A DNA stretch of 64,000 nt from Octopus sinensis (Eukaryota): NCBI RefSeq assembly GCF_006345805.1, contig NC_043001.1, positions 132,308,001 through 132,372,000 of the forward strand. The letters are read 5' to 3'. The notes under the pieces were generated by a model. It did no database searches. It saw only the letters and a list, made by a program, of their open reading frames with translations, and had not been told where the DNA came from. Both the position numbers and the translations under genes were made by a program. Positions 27,561 through 42,308 of this stretch are shown piece after piece (the first letter of the stretch is position 1; each line of letters opens with the position of its first letter).

Positions 27561-28301
27561 CTATTGCTAGCATAAAAAAAAAAAAAACATTTACTAATAG
27601 AAACTTTCTTGCTATATACTTTCTAACTGAAGGCAATTTAGTCTGCATTCATGTCTGTTCCATTATTGGAGGGGAATAAAAAATAATAAAACATATTTTA
27701 TGTATAAGGAAGTTTTTGTTACATTTTTCTCCATTTTAGCAGAGCATTTTAAAAATTGAAGTTGGTCAAAAACACACAATTGATTCTTTTATGTATATGA
27801 ATCAATAACATAATTTTTTTTTTAATCTTTGTATGTAAATGATTTCTATTTAAATACACTACAACATACAATTTAATGGCTAACTTTGACTTTTCTTTTT
27901 TGTTTATTTTATCATACAGATTTTTATCTTAGGTAAAAACGATCTAAAACGTTTAATATTGCTTATTGAAAACATTGAGATTCTTTACATACACAGAAAA
28001 ATGCATAAATATATTAAGTAGAGACCCAACAACTAATAAAATCAGCGTTTTATATGTATGTTGTAAATCTATTACTTTGTCAATTACACTTTCCATGAAT
28101 TTTTAGCAATTAAAGTTTGTTATAAAACATCAAATGATCTATAATAACAAATTGCCTTTATTAATATTTACTTTTCAATAAGAATTCTATAATAATAAAT
28201 TGCTATTATTAATATTTACCCTTCTATCGGTATAATCTGATAATAAATAGCCTTATTAATATTTATTCTCCTATAAATATACACACGTGTGTGTGGGGGT
28301 G

Positions 28302-28363
<62 letters not shown>

Positions 28364-28949
28364 GTATAATATATAATATATGTGTGTATAATATATAATG
28401 CATATATATGTATTTATATATATGTTTGTATGTATATAATATAAAATATACATATGTATAATATATCTCTATATATACATGCATATATGAATATATATAT
28501 ATATAGTAAGAGTTGATCTTCATTAGCTACTAATAAAGCTAAATATACACTTGAAGAACTGAGATATTGCCAACAAAGCATCAGAGACTACTTTTACCTT
28601 CAAATTTTCAACTAATTCTTAAAACTTCTACACAGTATCAGTTAACAAGGGTTATGAGAATAAATGTATATCACTAATACAATTCAATGCATTTCAAACA
28701 TTTGTTGTCTTACCATTTCTATCAACATACATATATATATTTACTCATACACACACATGTATATAAAATGGAAAACCTTTAGCTGTAATAGTACATTATA
28801 AGACTGTGTATACATTCCTTCTACGCAATCAATGTGAAGAAAAAATAGAGGGACGTTTTTCAATGGGCCCTTTCACATTTTGCTGATTGCTCCCCGGAAA
28901 AGACACACACATTCTGTTTTATAAACCACTTATGTTTTGACTGCTATAG

Positions 28950-29060
28950 ATTCAGGAAAGGAGAATGGGCATGTCTTCTCTGAGGAGCTTTCAACAAATT
29001 ATAAAACAGTCTATCAGGAAACTAACTCCTCTTTTCATAGATCAAAAATATAGAAGGAAT
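28950..29060 (+). CDS. Nested gene exon: IQERRMGMSSLRSFQQIIKQSIRKLTPLFIDQKYRRN
   Basis: tatgttttgactgctatag|ATT; 111 nt open. Donor is either AAT|gtgtga (phase 0) or GT|gtgagg (29062, phase 2), the latter followed by a 13-nt exon at 29887-29899 (VHASK). Confidence 0.55.
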
Positions 29061-29349
29061 GTGTGAGGATTTTCATAAGTTACTAACTTTCTAATGTTAA
29101 AGGCTTTCTAATGTTTAAAATTTATGTCATTCTTTCTGATTAATACTGTATTGTACATTATATATATATATATATATAGGGAGAATTCACAAAAAAAAAC
29201 AAAAGACGAAGACAGGTGGTGTTGACAACAAACAGATGTATTAGTTTAATGCTTGGGAAGTGAAGAAGTCTTTAACATTTCGAGCCTACACTCTTCCACA
29301 TAAAGGAACACAGAAAGAAACAAGGAGAGAAAATAAAGAAAGAAAAAGG

Positions 29350-29451
<102 letters not shown>

Positions 29452-31252
29452 CATATGCACATATATATGTCTATACATATATGTGTGTGTATTTGAGTAT
29501 TACTGTCACCTTGCCTTGACATCATGTGATAGTTGTAACCAAGTGTCAGTATCATGAAAGTGGTCTCTCTCATTTTGCAATGCTCTGTGAAAACGTACCT
29601 AGTCTTGGAGAAATATTACCTTATTTGGAAACATGAAAACTGTGACAGAATAGGCATCAGGTGTGTTTTTTATGTCTCAACAAACTCTGTTTAACCCAAG
29701 CAAGTATGGGAAAATGGACATTAAAACAATAATGATGAGGATACCTTTTTATCATTTATTTGTTTAAGTCATTAAACTGTGCCCATGCTGGGGCACCACC
29801 TTGAAGAATTTTTAGTTGGATGAATGTTCCATGTGAAGAGTTGCATAATATTTGCAGAATTAAATACTAGAGTGGCACTTCTTCAGACATGCATCAAAGG
29901 TACACTCTTACAATATATTTTACTCTTTGCTAAACTCACAAATTAATTATCCAACGACACCTACATTTTCTACACCAGAAGGTTTTTGGTCTTACTTAAG
30001 GCTAGAATTCAAGCATATAGACAGTCTCAACCTTGGGTTGCATGCTGCATTGAAAATACCCTGTCTTTTTACCATTTAAGGACCTTAACATATATTACAG
30101 GCTGGGATTGCCACGCAGTGATGTGTAAAAATGCAATGTTATAACCAGTACAAATATACCAGTGGCATGTTCTGACTTGTGAAGAAGTCATTCACTGTAT
30201 TTTGTCATGGAGAAAATTTCTCACTATAGGACAAATGGTATCAATGCACCTAAATCGTGGCACCTATCTAGGCTGTGAGATGCAAGCATTTCACAGTGGT
30301 TATCTTCTCCTCAGTCACAGAAACTGAGCAATGGTGCTGCGAGCTGAGAAGAGAGACAATCTATCGTGTTATTCCAGTCAAAATATGTCTTTTATCTTTT
30401 ACCATTTACTTGTCTGTCATTTGATTGTGGCCATGCTGGGGTACCACATTGAAGAACTTTTTAAAGCCTGGTACTTATTCTATCAGTCACTTTTGCTGAA
30501 CCACTAAGTTACTGGGACATGAATAAATCAGCACTGATTGTCAAGCAGTTTGAAGGTACATACACAGATGCAAAGACATATATATATATCATCATCATCA
30601 TCATCATCATCATTTAACGTTTGTTGTCCATACTGGCATGGTTGGATGGTTTGACTAGGGCTGGCAAGCTAGAAGGTTGCGCCAGACTCCAGTCTGATTT
30701 GGCAGTGTTTCTACAGCTGGACGCCCTTCCTAATGCCAACCACTCTGAGAGTGTAATGGATGCTTTTATGTTGACACCAGTATCTGCCATGACTACAATT
30801 TTACTTGGCTTAATGGGTCATCTTCTCAAGCATGGCATAATGCCAAACGTCTCAGTCATTTGTTATTGCTTCTGGAAGACCAACACTCAACAGGTGCTTT
30901 ATATATATATATATACATATATGACGGGCTTCTTTCAGTTTTGGTCTGCCAAGTCCACTCACAAAGCTTTGGTCAGCCTGAGGCTATAGTAGAAGATACT
31001 TGCCCAAGGTGCAATGCAGTGGGACTGAGCCTTGAACCATGTGATTGAGAAGCAAGCTTCTTATCACACAGCCATATGATATGATATGATATATATATAT
31101 ATTAAATTTTGAAAGTCATGATAGCCATTAAAGTGATATTTGCTTTTGTTGTGTTTGTAATATAGCATTTTTTACAATAACTCTACGTACCTCACTCAGT
31201 TACCACTACATTGCTGGAAGACTATTCTTGGGCAGTTTTTGTGGACTGTGAT

Positions 31253-31318
<66 letters not shown>

Positions 31319-31685
31319 TCTCTCTCTCCTGTGTGTGTGTTTGTGTGCACGTGCACAAATGAGAAAGTAGTTTTTTCTTCAAATTTTATTGTTTTCAAAT
31401 TTAATTCCTATTTCATTTTAGCATTATTTTCTGTTTCAAATTGCTATTATCTTATGTGCTCTGAATGCTCTTCATCGGATTATATGCACACTTATTTATA
31501 ACTTTACATTTAACTAATATGAATTTTTTCGCACACACACATGCATATATATATAATGATAATGATGATGATTTTAATGTATGTGTATACACACACATAT
31601 GTTTGTGTGTGCCTTGTAAGGGAGACATGGCCTGGGCCAATAATGACCAAAATGTATCCAAGTTACATATATGCATGTGTGTGCG

Positions 31686-31726
<41 letters not shown>

Positions 31727-31964
31727 ATACATATATACATATATGAATATGTATATACACACTCACAATTACCTGTCCTTATGTAAGCATGCAATTTCTC
31801 TGATATATATGATGCATATATTCATTTTTTACTGATACAATGGAACATATAACATTTACATAGGCATGATGAAAAAGGGATGTCAGAAACATCTAGATAA
31901 CACCCCAGGAGAACCAAGTCTCAGAGAAATCCCCAAAAACAACAACAATACTGATAATAATAAT

Positions 31965-32545
31965 AAAACACCAGGATTTATTGATGTATATAACATGCAG
32001 AAAATAGCACTACTAGTCACCATGCACATCCTATGTTAAGCACTTTCAATGCAGTGAAAGTAAGAGCACCACAACAAACCACAGCACATACTCTAGGCAC
32101 CTGATAAAAATAAGACTATTGGATAATAATGATAATAATAATGGACAAGGTGCACCACATATGCTACATAGTTGGTGTTGCATGTTCCTTTGACCCACAA
32201 ATAGTCAAGGAAAAGATAGATAAATTCAACCCTCTTAAGTATGAAATAGACCATCTATGAAAAATGAAGAAGGAGAAGTTAGTGGCAATTATTGTTGGGA
32301 CCTTGGGGACAGCATCAGAAGGCATCAAGGGTTAGGGTTAAAGGAAGTTGGAATAGAGTACCCAGTAGAACTATTATGAAAGGTTTGCCTCCTCGGCACA
32401 GCCAGAATAATCAGAAAAATATTATTTGAAACAAATGGCTAGCATGGTACTGTAGGCTGCATGTAGCAAGCCTGCTACACATGCAAGACTCCAGGAGCTC
32501 CAACAAAACCTGTGATAAAGAGAAATAATAATAATAATAATAATG
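31965..32545 (+). mobile_element. Two adjacent Dong/R4-clade non-LTR 3' fragments with (AAT)n tails
   Basis: TPGFIDVYNMQKIALL matches 50614-50700; a second fragment reads ...KEKIDKFNPLKYEI...IIVGTLGT...KVCLLGTARIIRKI, typical of the RLE endonuclease C-terminus. Confidence 0.7.
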
Positions 32546-33060
32546 ATAAGTAAAAAGGATTAATAAATCTAGACAGATATCTATAAAGCACTCAGTGTTA
32601 TATGAATTTGTTTAGCTACATAAAGCACACACACATTAGTATATTTAATGTGGTTAATAACTTTATTTGACTGTATTTCAGATAAAGAATATGTTCAAAA
32701 ACTAGTTAAACTTCATTTTATGGAAAAAAAAAAAAAAAGATTCAACTAAAATCAACACTGAAAACTTGTTTAGTACAAAGTGGTGTTTGAAAGGAATGTG
32801 TCTCTGCTTTGGCATTGATTAAAATTTTAAAGTTGGACAAGATTATATAAAACAAAGTATCATAAGTCAAGAGCTGGGGTTGATTTAATATTCCCATAAT
32901 TCATACTAGATGTGAATGGAATTATAATAGAAGACCTTCGATGACCACATGCAACAGAACTCAACTTATAACATTCAGATGTAATCATTCCATTTTCAAT
33001 TTGACAAGAACGGCAGTTAATGAAGAGAAACTTATTCATTAGACGTAGAATTATTTATAG

Positions 33061-33118
33061 ATTACACTTCAATATTTGAAGAAGATACGGCATTCTGGTC
33101 TCATGGAAGTAATTACAG
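33061..33118 (+). CDS. Nested gene exon: ITLQYLKKIRHSGLMEVIT
   Basis: ttatttatag|ATT...ACAG|gtaaaa; 58 nt, phase 0 to 1. Confidence 0.55.
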
Positions 33119-33310
33119 GTAAAAAATATATAAAGATGTTCTGTTGTTGAGATTTATTTCATATATAAAGATGTTCTGTAGGTGGTAATATTTTCATTTG
33201 CTATATCTCCATCATATATAACATATGGCCCTTAGGGGTCCATAAATCTTGCTTGTTAAAAATTATGTGCAAAATTTGCTTATATTTCTACAATACATAA
33301 AATATTTTAA

Positions 33311-33710
33311 CAGGAGTGGCTGTGTGGTAAGTAGCTTGCTTACAAACCACATGGTTCCAGGTTCAGTCCCACTGCATGGTACCTTGGGCAAATGTCTTCT
33401 ACTATACCCTCAGGCCGACCAAAGCCTTGTGAATGGATTTGGTAGATGGAAAGTGAAAGAAGCCCGTCATATATATGTATATATATGTATGTATGTGTGT
33501 AAATGTTTGTGTGTCTGTGTTTGTCCCTACCAACATCGCTTGACAACCAATGCTGGTGTGTTTACATCCCTGTAATTTAGCGGTTCGGCAAAGAATCTAA
33601 TAGAATAAGTACTAGGCTTACAAAGAATAAGTCCTGGGGTTGATTTGCTCGACTAAAGGCGGTGCTCCAGCATGGCCACAGTCAAATGACTGAAACAAGT
33701 AAAAGAGTAA
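33311..33710 (+). mobile_element. SINE family A, full length
   Basis: Homologous to 8477-8843. Confidence 0.85.
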
Positions 33711-33759
33711 TGTTTTTTTATACAATACCTAAATAATATTTAATTATAAGGATATTCTT

Positions 33760-34306
33760 TTATTCTTTTATTTGTTTCAGTCATTTGACTGCAGCCATGC
33801 TGGAACACCACCTTTAGTCAAACAAATTGACCCTAGTACTTATTCTATCAATCTCTTTTGCCAAACTGCTATGTTACGGGGATGTAAACACACCAACATC
33901 AGTTGTCAAGCAATGATGGGGAGACAAAGACAGACACACAATCATATATATATATACATATATATACAATGAGCTTCTTTCAGTTTCCATCTACCAAATC
34001 CACTCACAAGGCTGTGGTTGGCCTGAGACTATAGTAGAAGCCCCGAAAGGATGAAAGGCAAAGCCGAGGTCGACTTTGCCTTTCATCCTTTCGGGGTCGA
34101 TAAATTAAGTACCAGTTACGCACTGGGGGGGTCGATGTAGTCGACTTAATCCCTTTGTCTGTCCTTGTTTGTCCCCTCTGTGTTTAGCCCCTTGTGGGTA
34201 GTAAAGAAATATATAGTAGAAGACACTTGCCCAAGGTGCCATGCAGTGGGATGGAAAACAGAACCGTGTGGTTGGTAAACAAGTTACTTACCACACAGAC
34301 ACTCCT
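33760..34306 (-). mobile_element. SINE family A interrupted by a 5'-inverted MetaSINE (34041-34211)
   Basis: 11-bp TSD tatagtagaag at 34030-34040 and 34212-34222. Confidence 0.8.
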
Positions 34307-35832
34307 GTGCCAATGATAGGATTTTTTAAACATCAAACAACTATGATGGTCTGCCTGAGTAAAACTGGTATTGAAGGAACCCACAGGCAAAACATGTTTG
34401 AGAATCACTAATATATATGTTTCATATATTCTAGGTTCAATTTTAATCATTGTCAATTCTGATTCCATCTCATCACAATCGGTTGAAATAAATCTCAACA
34501 AATTGTTGTTAATTTAATGAATATACCCTTACACCAATGCACAACTGGTCATGGACAGCTAATGAAAACAAATCAGGAAAATATATATAAAAGTGACAAA
34601 AATAGTAGTGGGTAGCAGAATGAGAAGATTATGGAAAAGAAATGTTTTAAGGTATTTCCTTACATTCACCTCTAAGTTACATGTTCAAATCTGTCTTTTA
34701 TGCATTCCTAAATCAATAAAAAAAGTACCCATCAAATATCAGGGGTGGGTGGTTAAATGGTCTATATACCTCCTCTTCTCCTAAATGTCTGGTCCTGCCA
34801 ACATCAGGCATCAATATCTAAAGATGACAAAACATAACTGTGATAATATAAAAGAATAAATAAAGAAGTTTATTTTGATTCAAGTTGTCATCAGATTTGA
34901 TTTGTGGCACCATTTACTTGAAACTTAGTCTTAGTTTTAATCTGGAAATCTAATGTACCATCATATATTGTTTCATAGGAGATACTTTGTTTGATGAAAT
35001 ATTAGAAGTTGAGAAACTGGTTCAAATAACTTGAATACCATAAATAATAGATACAACTAAAAAGCAAAAAAGAAATCCCTAAAAGATAAGAAATTTAAAC
35101 AAATATTTTTAAAAAAATTAAGAACATATTTTGAAGTGGTAATGACAAAACATAAGAAAAAAGTAACAACATTGAAAAGATGTATTTATTCATACTGTTG
35201 TACTGCATCTGAACACTGTATACAATAAGCTCATCATCAGCATCAGCATCATCATCATCATCATCATCATCATCATTATTATTTTTCTTTTTTTTAGGTA
35301 ATTATATGGACAAATTTATATTTCACCTCATTCTCATTGTAAGTTGTTTTTTTTATACTTTTTTCCAAGAAATAACATTTTAAATATTTTGTTATTTTAG
35401 ACACTCTTATGAATCATGATCATCTACTGTTACATACAAACTATTAAATTTTACATGAGCAGAGCAACAAGAAAGATCCTAGAAATAGCAGTTAAAACTC
35501 TCTCATATCTCACTCCATCATCTTAAGAACAGAAAGATGCATTTAGATAATGCAATCCTGAATAAAGTATCAGGCAATAAGGAATAAAAAAAATTATCAG
35601 GTAGTCAATAAAAAAAATTATCAGGTACATCATAGGTTTGTTTATTCAGGACTGGCCCAGGGCTTAAACTACAAGAACAACTTATTTTACACCTACATGT
35701 CATATTATAGAGAACAAGCAAGATATGCCACCTAAATAATTTTTTTAAGTAGAACATAATTAGTTACAACAGTAGAATAAGAAAATTTTATAAGCTTTTT
35801 GTCTGAGGATATTCATGATACTTTCTCTTCAG

Positions 35833-35960
35833 GTTTTCCAGCTGAAAATAACTTTTGGTTCCACCTTGTGATTAGGGACTGTCCCCAGATCATAATAAGT
35901 CCTTGGGCAAAACAATACATTGGAGCCCCTACATATACAACCACAGAATATATAGATTAG
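35833..35960 (+). CDS. Nested gene terminal exon: (G)FPAENNFWFHLVIRDCPQIIISPWAKQYIGAPTYTTTEYID*
   Basis: atctttctcttcag|GT acceptor; phase 1; 41 open codons then TAG; non-repetitive, globular-looking composition. Confidence 0.6.
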
Positions 35961-36283
35961 CATCAGGTCCCTTTTAAGTGTTATTGGTCTATTTTTAGGG
36001 TGAGCTTCTTTTCAGATTTATGAACTACTGACAGATTATATATACATATATATTAATCTTTTATTCTTTTACTTGTTTCAGTCCCTGGGATAATGCTTTG
36101 AAGTGTTTAGTTAAACAAATTGACCTTAGTACTTATTTTTTAAAACTGGTATTTATTCTATTGGTCTGTTTTGCTAAATTGCTAAGTTATAGGGTTGTAA
36201 ACAAACCAACATTAAAAGCAGCAGAGGAACCAACACAAGACACACACACACAACGCCCTTCTCTCTCTCCCTCTCTCTCTCTT

Positions 36284-36341
<58 letters not shown>

Positions 36342-39300
36342 AAACACTTACTGTTGACAAAAGCTGTATGGCGTTCAATTATAGATAATTAAAAATACAC
36401 ATTAAGTACAGGACATCACTTAATGTGTTTTTTAATTATATGTATATATATATAGTGGGTCAGAGTTTTTGTAGAAGACACCTGCCCAAGCTGTTATGGA
36501 GTGGAATTGAACCCATAACTGGATGGTTATGGAGCAAACTTTTTAATAACACAGTCATGTCTCCACCTGTATGCATGTGTGTATGTGTGTGTGTGCGTGT
36601 GTGCATGTGTGCAAAATGGTGCAATAATTGACATCCAAAAAATAGAAACTATTGTCAATGCTGCAAAAATGGATTTAATGCTATATATAAGTGCTTGTCC
36701 ATCTTTTGTTCTTTTGACTCCTTATTACTGCTCAAACTAAACATTTCTTTGTTGAACTATTTTACTTTGATTAGGGAGTTGGAGTTTAAGAATCTGCATT
36801 AGTCTAAGCACTAATCTGATTCATCTACTCTATGCTAATGCAAGCAATCTCTCACCATTTGTAAATATGGAAAATATATTTACTGATTGTGAATATAAAT
36901 GAAATTGCACAAGATAGCACTGCATCCTTCAAAACTTCCATACTTTCTGAGATTCGCCAACACTACATCTGATTTTCTCCCCTCCAAACACACACAAGCA
37001 TGTATCTGACTCATGCATTGTTCGCTTTCCAGACATTTGTACATTACTGCATATACTCTATATGCACTTTCTGACAAGTTGTGGTGCACCTGAGCACTGT
37101 TTACAATAATTTCATTATTATTATTTTTTAATACAGGGTAAAAAGTTGAAGTTGAAATGCTGACAAATTTCACTATCAATACTAATATTATTTTCTACAA
37201 CAGGTACAATGTCTGAAACTTGGGAGGTAGAAGATCCAGTTGGTTACATCACTCCAGTGTTTAACTGGTATTTTTTCTGTCACCCATGAAATTGTGAAAG
37301 ACAATGTTGTCCTTGGCAGTATTTGAACTTAGAACATAAGACCAGAAGTTATGCCACTAAGCATTTTGTTTAACATGTTAACGATTCAGCCAGGATGGCC
37401 ACCTTACTACCATTACTGATATTGACTCAAATTTAAGGCAGAGAATGTATGACTTCTTTTTTTATATTTTATTTTTGTAGTTATGGAATATTATCAAATT
37501 GTAGATTAGCAAGAATCACACAATTATATTCACATTTTTAAGGTATCAGTCCTAGGGATTCATTTATTATTTTCCCATTTTATTGTTATTTCTTAATTCT
37601 ATAGTGATTTCTTATCAACAAACAAAACTGAAAGATATAACAATAACATGAAAACCAACAACCAATTATATAAGATAATTCTATCATACAACAATAATAG
37701 AAAAAATAATAAGGCACGCTGAATTTATATTTATTTGAAATAAATATTTTTAATGGGATACTCAGAGAAGGAGAGCCAGCACCTATGGCCCTTTACAGGG
37801 CCTCCAAAACTGGGAGAAGGAAGAAGACACGGCAAAATGGCAATCTTGTAAGTTATACATCTTATTGATCCACTGTCATCAGTTTGAGACAAACGTATTA
37901 AGTGCAAATAAATAACAAAAGGTAAAAAGTTCACTAAATTTGATTTGTTCTTCTTGAATGTGACCCTAGCTGAAATAAAGAGGTTACAAACAATATCTTA
38001 TCAGTTCTAGAAATATTCTGGAATAATGAAAAGACTAGGATCCATTCTTGACATAACAACTATTGCAGCCATACAATGTAGTTTCAATAGTTTCTTGAGG
38101 ACAATATTTGTAGATAATAGAAGTGTTCTGATAAATAGCAAGAAAAAAAAACAATAATGGCAAGAACAATAATAAAAGTGAATTCTATATGCTGCCTGGA
38201 GAATCAATTAACTAAGATTCTCACAGCATTTGCATATACTTCATTTGCATATACTTCAAATAAGAATTATAGTTAATAAAATGAATAGTGTTATATTTAA
38301 TATTACATTTCCAATATATTTAGAGAAATTAAAATGTTTTGTGCATGTTGGATGGGTGAACAGTGGCAAAATCTTTATTTGAAATTTAACAATATTGATT
38401 ATTGAGGTCATATATATTCAGATGTCAATGAAAATGTAACAAATCAAAATTTAAAAGTATGAAAAGAATATTAAAAAAATATTCCATTTTAATTAAAATT
38501 TTGTAGAGTTTTTCATAAAATTAATTAATAGGATTTGTTGGTTCTCTACTGTGACATAAGCCGTAGCTATTTATGGTGATACAGTATAATGGAACACTTG
38601 CCTGCAGTATTAGCACAAAAAAATACAAAAACAATCTCAGCAATTACATTGTAAGTCAACTGAAAATGTGCAAAAGGCCTCTAGTCAAAGATGAAGTTGT
38701 TAGTATTGTTCCCACTATCTCAAGTGAAGTATCCCGGAACTCCCAAAGTAGCTGAATGAAACTTGTACAAATATACTGTCGGTTCCAGCAGTACCTTGTA
38801 ATGAGTTTAATATTGATAAGATGATTTTTGCCATCACTAAAATGACTATTTTAAGTTAACACGAGAATGTTAATTCTCTGGAATGTAAGTGATGGGGAAA
38901 GAGAAAAAAAATAATAATAATAAAATAAAAAACTGAAAGAGAAAGAAAGTGTGAGAGGTGGAAAAGAAAAAGTGAAGCTTCCAGCTTTAAGTGTCAAGTG
39001 TAGTGGGCCAGAAGGCTACACATGCAAAGTAATTCTCTCATTCTCAGAATATTTTATGAATATTATCTTAAGTAATCAATGCTTTGCCAATTCATTTTTA
39101 TTTCAATCAGAAATACCTTCCAGGTGATAGCAAGAATTATTAACATCTTTTGATAAAAACACAACTAATTCCACAGATTAACATGATGTAAAGGCCGAAA
39201 TGTCTCCATGCCGGTCATTTCCTCAATTGTCCACCACCACCACCACCATCACCACCATCCTACCCAATAATGCTTCCAGTGTTTCTTTTTCTTTATTCAA

Positions 39301-40145
39301 TCTTTTTTTTTTTTCATTTAAAAGATACTTTCTTCAGTTGATATTTTTGGTGTTTGAATTTTCTTTTCACAATTTCTTTATAAAATTATACTTTATTTTG
39401 TTTAAGTTATTATCATACTGGTTTGCATATTTTTTTGTTTCTTTTTTGCATATTTAGCAACTTATTTGCATTAGAACTCCCCTCCTAGTTCTCATCATAT
39501 TTGCTAACTCTATTTTCTGTTTATTTATTATTTTATTCGTTTATGTATTTACTTTTTGTAACCCCTTTTTTGGGGGGGTTCTTATTTTATTCTACCTGTT
39601 ACCAACAAACAGTCACACCAGCAACCTATTCCTTTTCACTACTAATCAATAAACTTATTGCTTTTCTCAACTTTCACCCTTTATCTAATTTAGTTATTCT
39701 CTTAGTGTGGTTTTCACAATTCAAAATAATCGATGTTACATCTACTTACAATGATGCAGTATCAATAGCTTTCTTCTTTTCAAAGAAACAAGGTACAGAG
39801 AAGAAGATATTTAAAAAATAAAAAAAACATCAAGAAAAAATACCAAAAAAAATCTATTTCTCTTCTCTGTCTCATAACTCTACTTTATCACCTTATGGCA
39901 TCCCTATAATTATGTGCTAAATTAACTAAATTATTAGATAAATAATGAAACATTTTAGTTAATTAACAAATGTGGCCATTTTCCCTACCTTTCACATGTA
40001 ATCATAATGACCTGACTAGCATGATAATCATTTTTCTCAAATCAAATAAAGCTCCTTCACTAAATTCATTAATATTTCTAATTAAAAAAAAACACATAAA
40101 TGCACAAATTTTGCACAGACATACACACACACATATATATGTATG

Positions 40146-40176
<31 letters not shown>

Positions 40177-41017
40177 TATATATATAATATATATATATAT
40201 GTATGTATATATATATATACATATATATATATATGAATACATACACATGTATGTATGTATGTATGTATGTATGTATGTATGTATGTATGTATGTATGTAT
40301 GTATGTATATGCATGCATACATCTATGAACATGCTTCAAAATGGGAGCCATTTCAATATTTTGGCTTTATCAAAGATCTATGAAGATGGTTCAAATGTAA
40401 TCCAAATATTTTTACTTTTAAAGTAATAAATTATGTACAGATAAATAAATTTATATATTCTAATGTCTCACTTTTTTCTTTTTTTTTTACCAAAATATAA
40501 AGGCAAAATTCAGATTATCTTATAAAATATTAAAATAAATGTTGAATGTGGAGATAATTTTGGAATTTTACTTTACCATATTTTTCTAAACTAACTGAAG
40601 CCTAGCTTAACAAAGCAGAACAAAAAACAGAAAGAAAATAGATGATTTTTTCCTTTTAAAATAACTCTTGACCCACTCCAATCTCTCTAAACCTGAAATA
40701 TCAGCTCCCTACGCATCATGGTCTATTTTCATCAGATTCTATTATTACTGTTTAATCAACATTAGATAATCATTCATCTCTTGGATAACTTTGATAAGAA
40801 ACTTAATCTGAAATCATGAGATAAAACACATAACTTTTGAATTTTGGTTAAGTCAAATTTTCTAGTTATTTTTCCAGTTAATAAACACCTAAACATTTTT
40901 TTTAAATATTCATTTTCTTCTCTATTTGGCTAGTTACTGTTATCACTGGAGACACTTGTCCCACTCTTGTAATTTGATCACCAACATCAACTGAGTTGCA
41001 GTATATTATAATGATAA

Positions 41018-41232
41018 GGCGGTGAATTGATAGAAACGTTAGCATGCCAGGCGAAATGCTTGGCAGTATTTTGTCTGCCGTTACATTCTGAGTTCAAATT
41101 CCACCAAGGTCGACTTTGCCTTTCATTCTTTCAGGGTTGATACGCACTGGGGTCGATGTAATTGACTTAATCCCTTTCTCTGTCCTTGTTTGTCCCTTCT
41201 ATGTTTAGCCCCTTGTGGGCAATAAAGAAATA
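41018..41232 (+). mobile_element. MetaSINE-like element
   Basis: 18-bp TSD agtatattataatgataa at 41000-41017 and 41233-41250. Confidence 0.85.
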
Positions 41233-41913
41233 AGTATATTATAATGATAATTAATTGGCAAATATCAAACGTGGCTACTTCAAAAATACAATAACCAAAG
41301 AGCCTTCTCTTAACACACTAAAACTATTTTGGTTATCTGGAGCTTCGTCTCTGCTTAAGATATAGAATAACATTTCATTAATCTTGGTTATCAATATCAA
41401 CATCATCATTGTCATGTCTGCATTTCCATGTTTACATGTATCAGACAGAATTTGCTGTGGCAGATTTTCTACAGTTGGATGCCCGTTCTGTCACCAAACC
41501 TGACCTGTTTTCAAATAAGGCATTTCTCCGTGACCAGAAATATTTTAACAGAAGTTTGGAAATGAAACTGTTTTACATGATAATGACACTAATTTGCAAC
41601 TATCATGAAATGTCATGGAAAAGAGACAGTAACACTCACATGCACAAACATATATATGACTTCTGGTACTTGACTGAGGAAAGAAGGCCATGAATGACCT
41701 GTCTTTTTTTGCCTGTCCTTCTAATTGTTGTTTCTCCTGTCCACCTTTGTATCATTTATCTGTCTGAATGTTTCATTGTCTCCTATTGAATTTTTGTTCC
41801 ATTTTTTATATTTATAGATACACACACACACAATCGGATGCACGCAAACACACACACACACGCATGCACGCATGCACACATGCACACACACACACATACA
41901 TACATATATATAT

Positions 41914-41967
<54 letters not shown>

Positions 41968-41968
<1 letters not shown>

Positions 41969-42308
41969 CTGGGCTTCTTTCAGTTTCTGCCTACCATATC
42001 CACTTGCAAGGCTTTGGTTTGTCTTCTGAAGCTATAGTAGGAGACACTTGCCCAAGGTGCCATGTAGTGGGACTGAACCTGGAACCATGTGGTTGGGAAG
42101 CAAACTTCTTACCACACAGTCACTCCTGCACCTATATATATATAATGATATATATCTTTCAGCTTCTGTCAACAAAATCCACTCACAAGATTCTGATTGG
42201 CCCAGGGCAATAGTCAAAGACACTTGCCCAAGGTACCACACAGTGGAACTGCACCCAGGACCATGTGGTTGGGAACCAAGCTTCTTACCACACAGCCATG
42301 CCTGCACC
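41968..42308 (-). mobile_element. Two tandem SINE family A 5' halves
   Basis: gacacttgcccaagg...accacacagc repeated at about 42043 and 42218. Confidence 0.7.
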
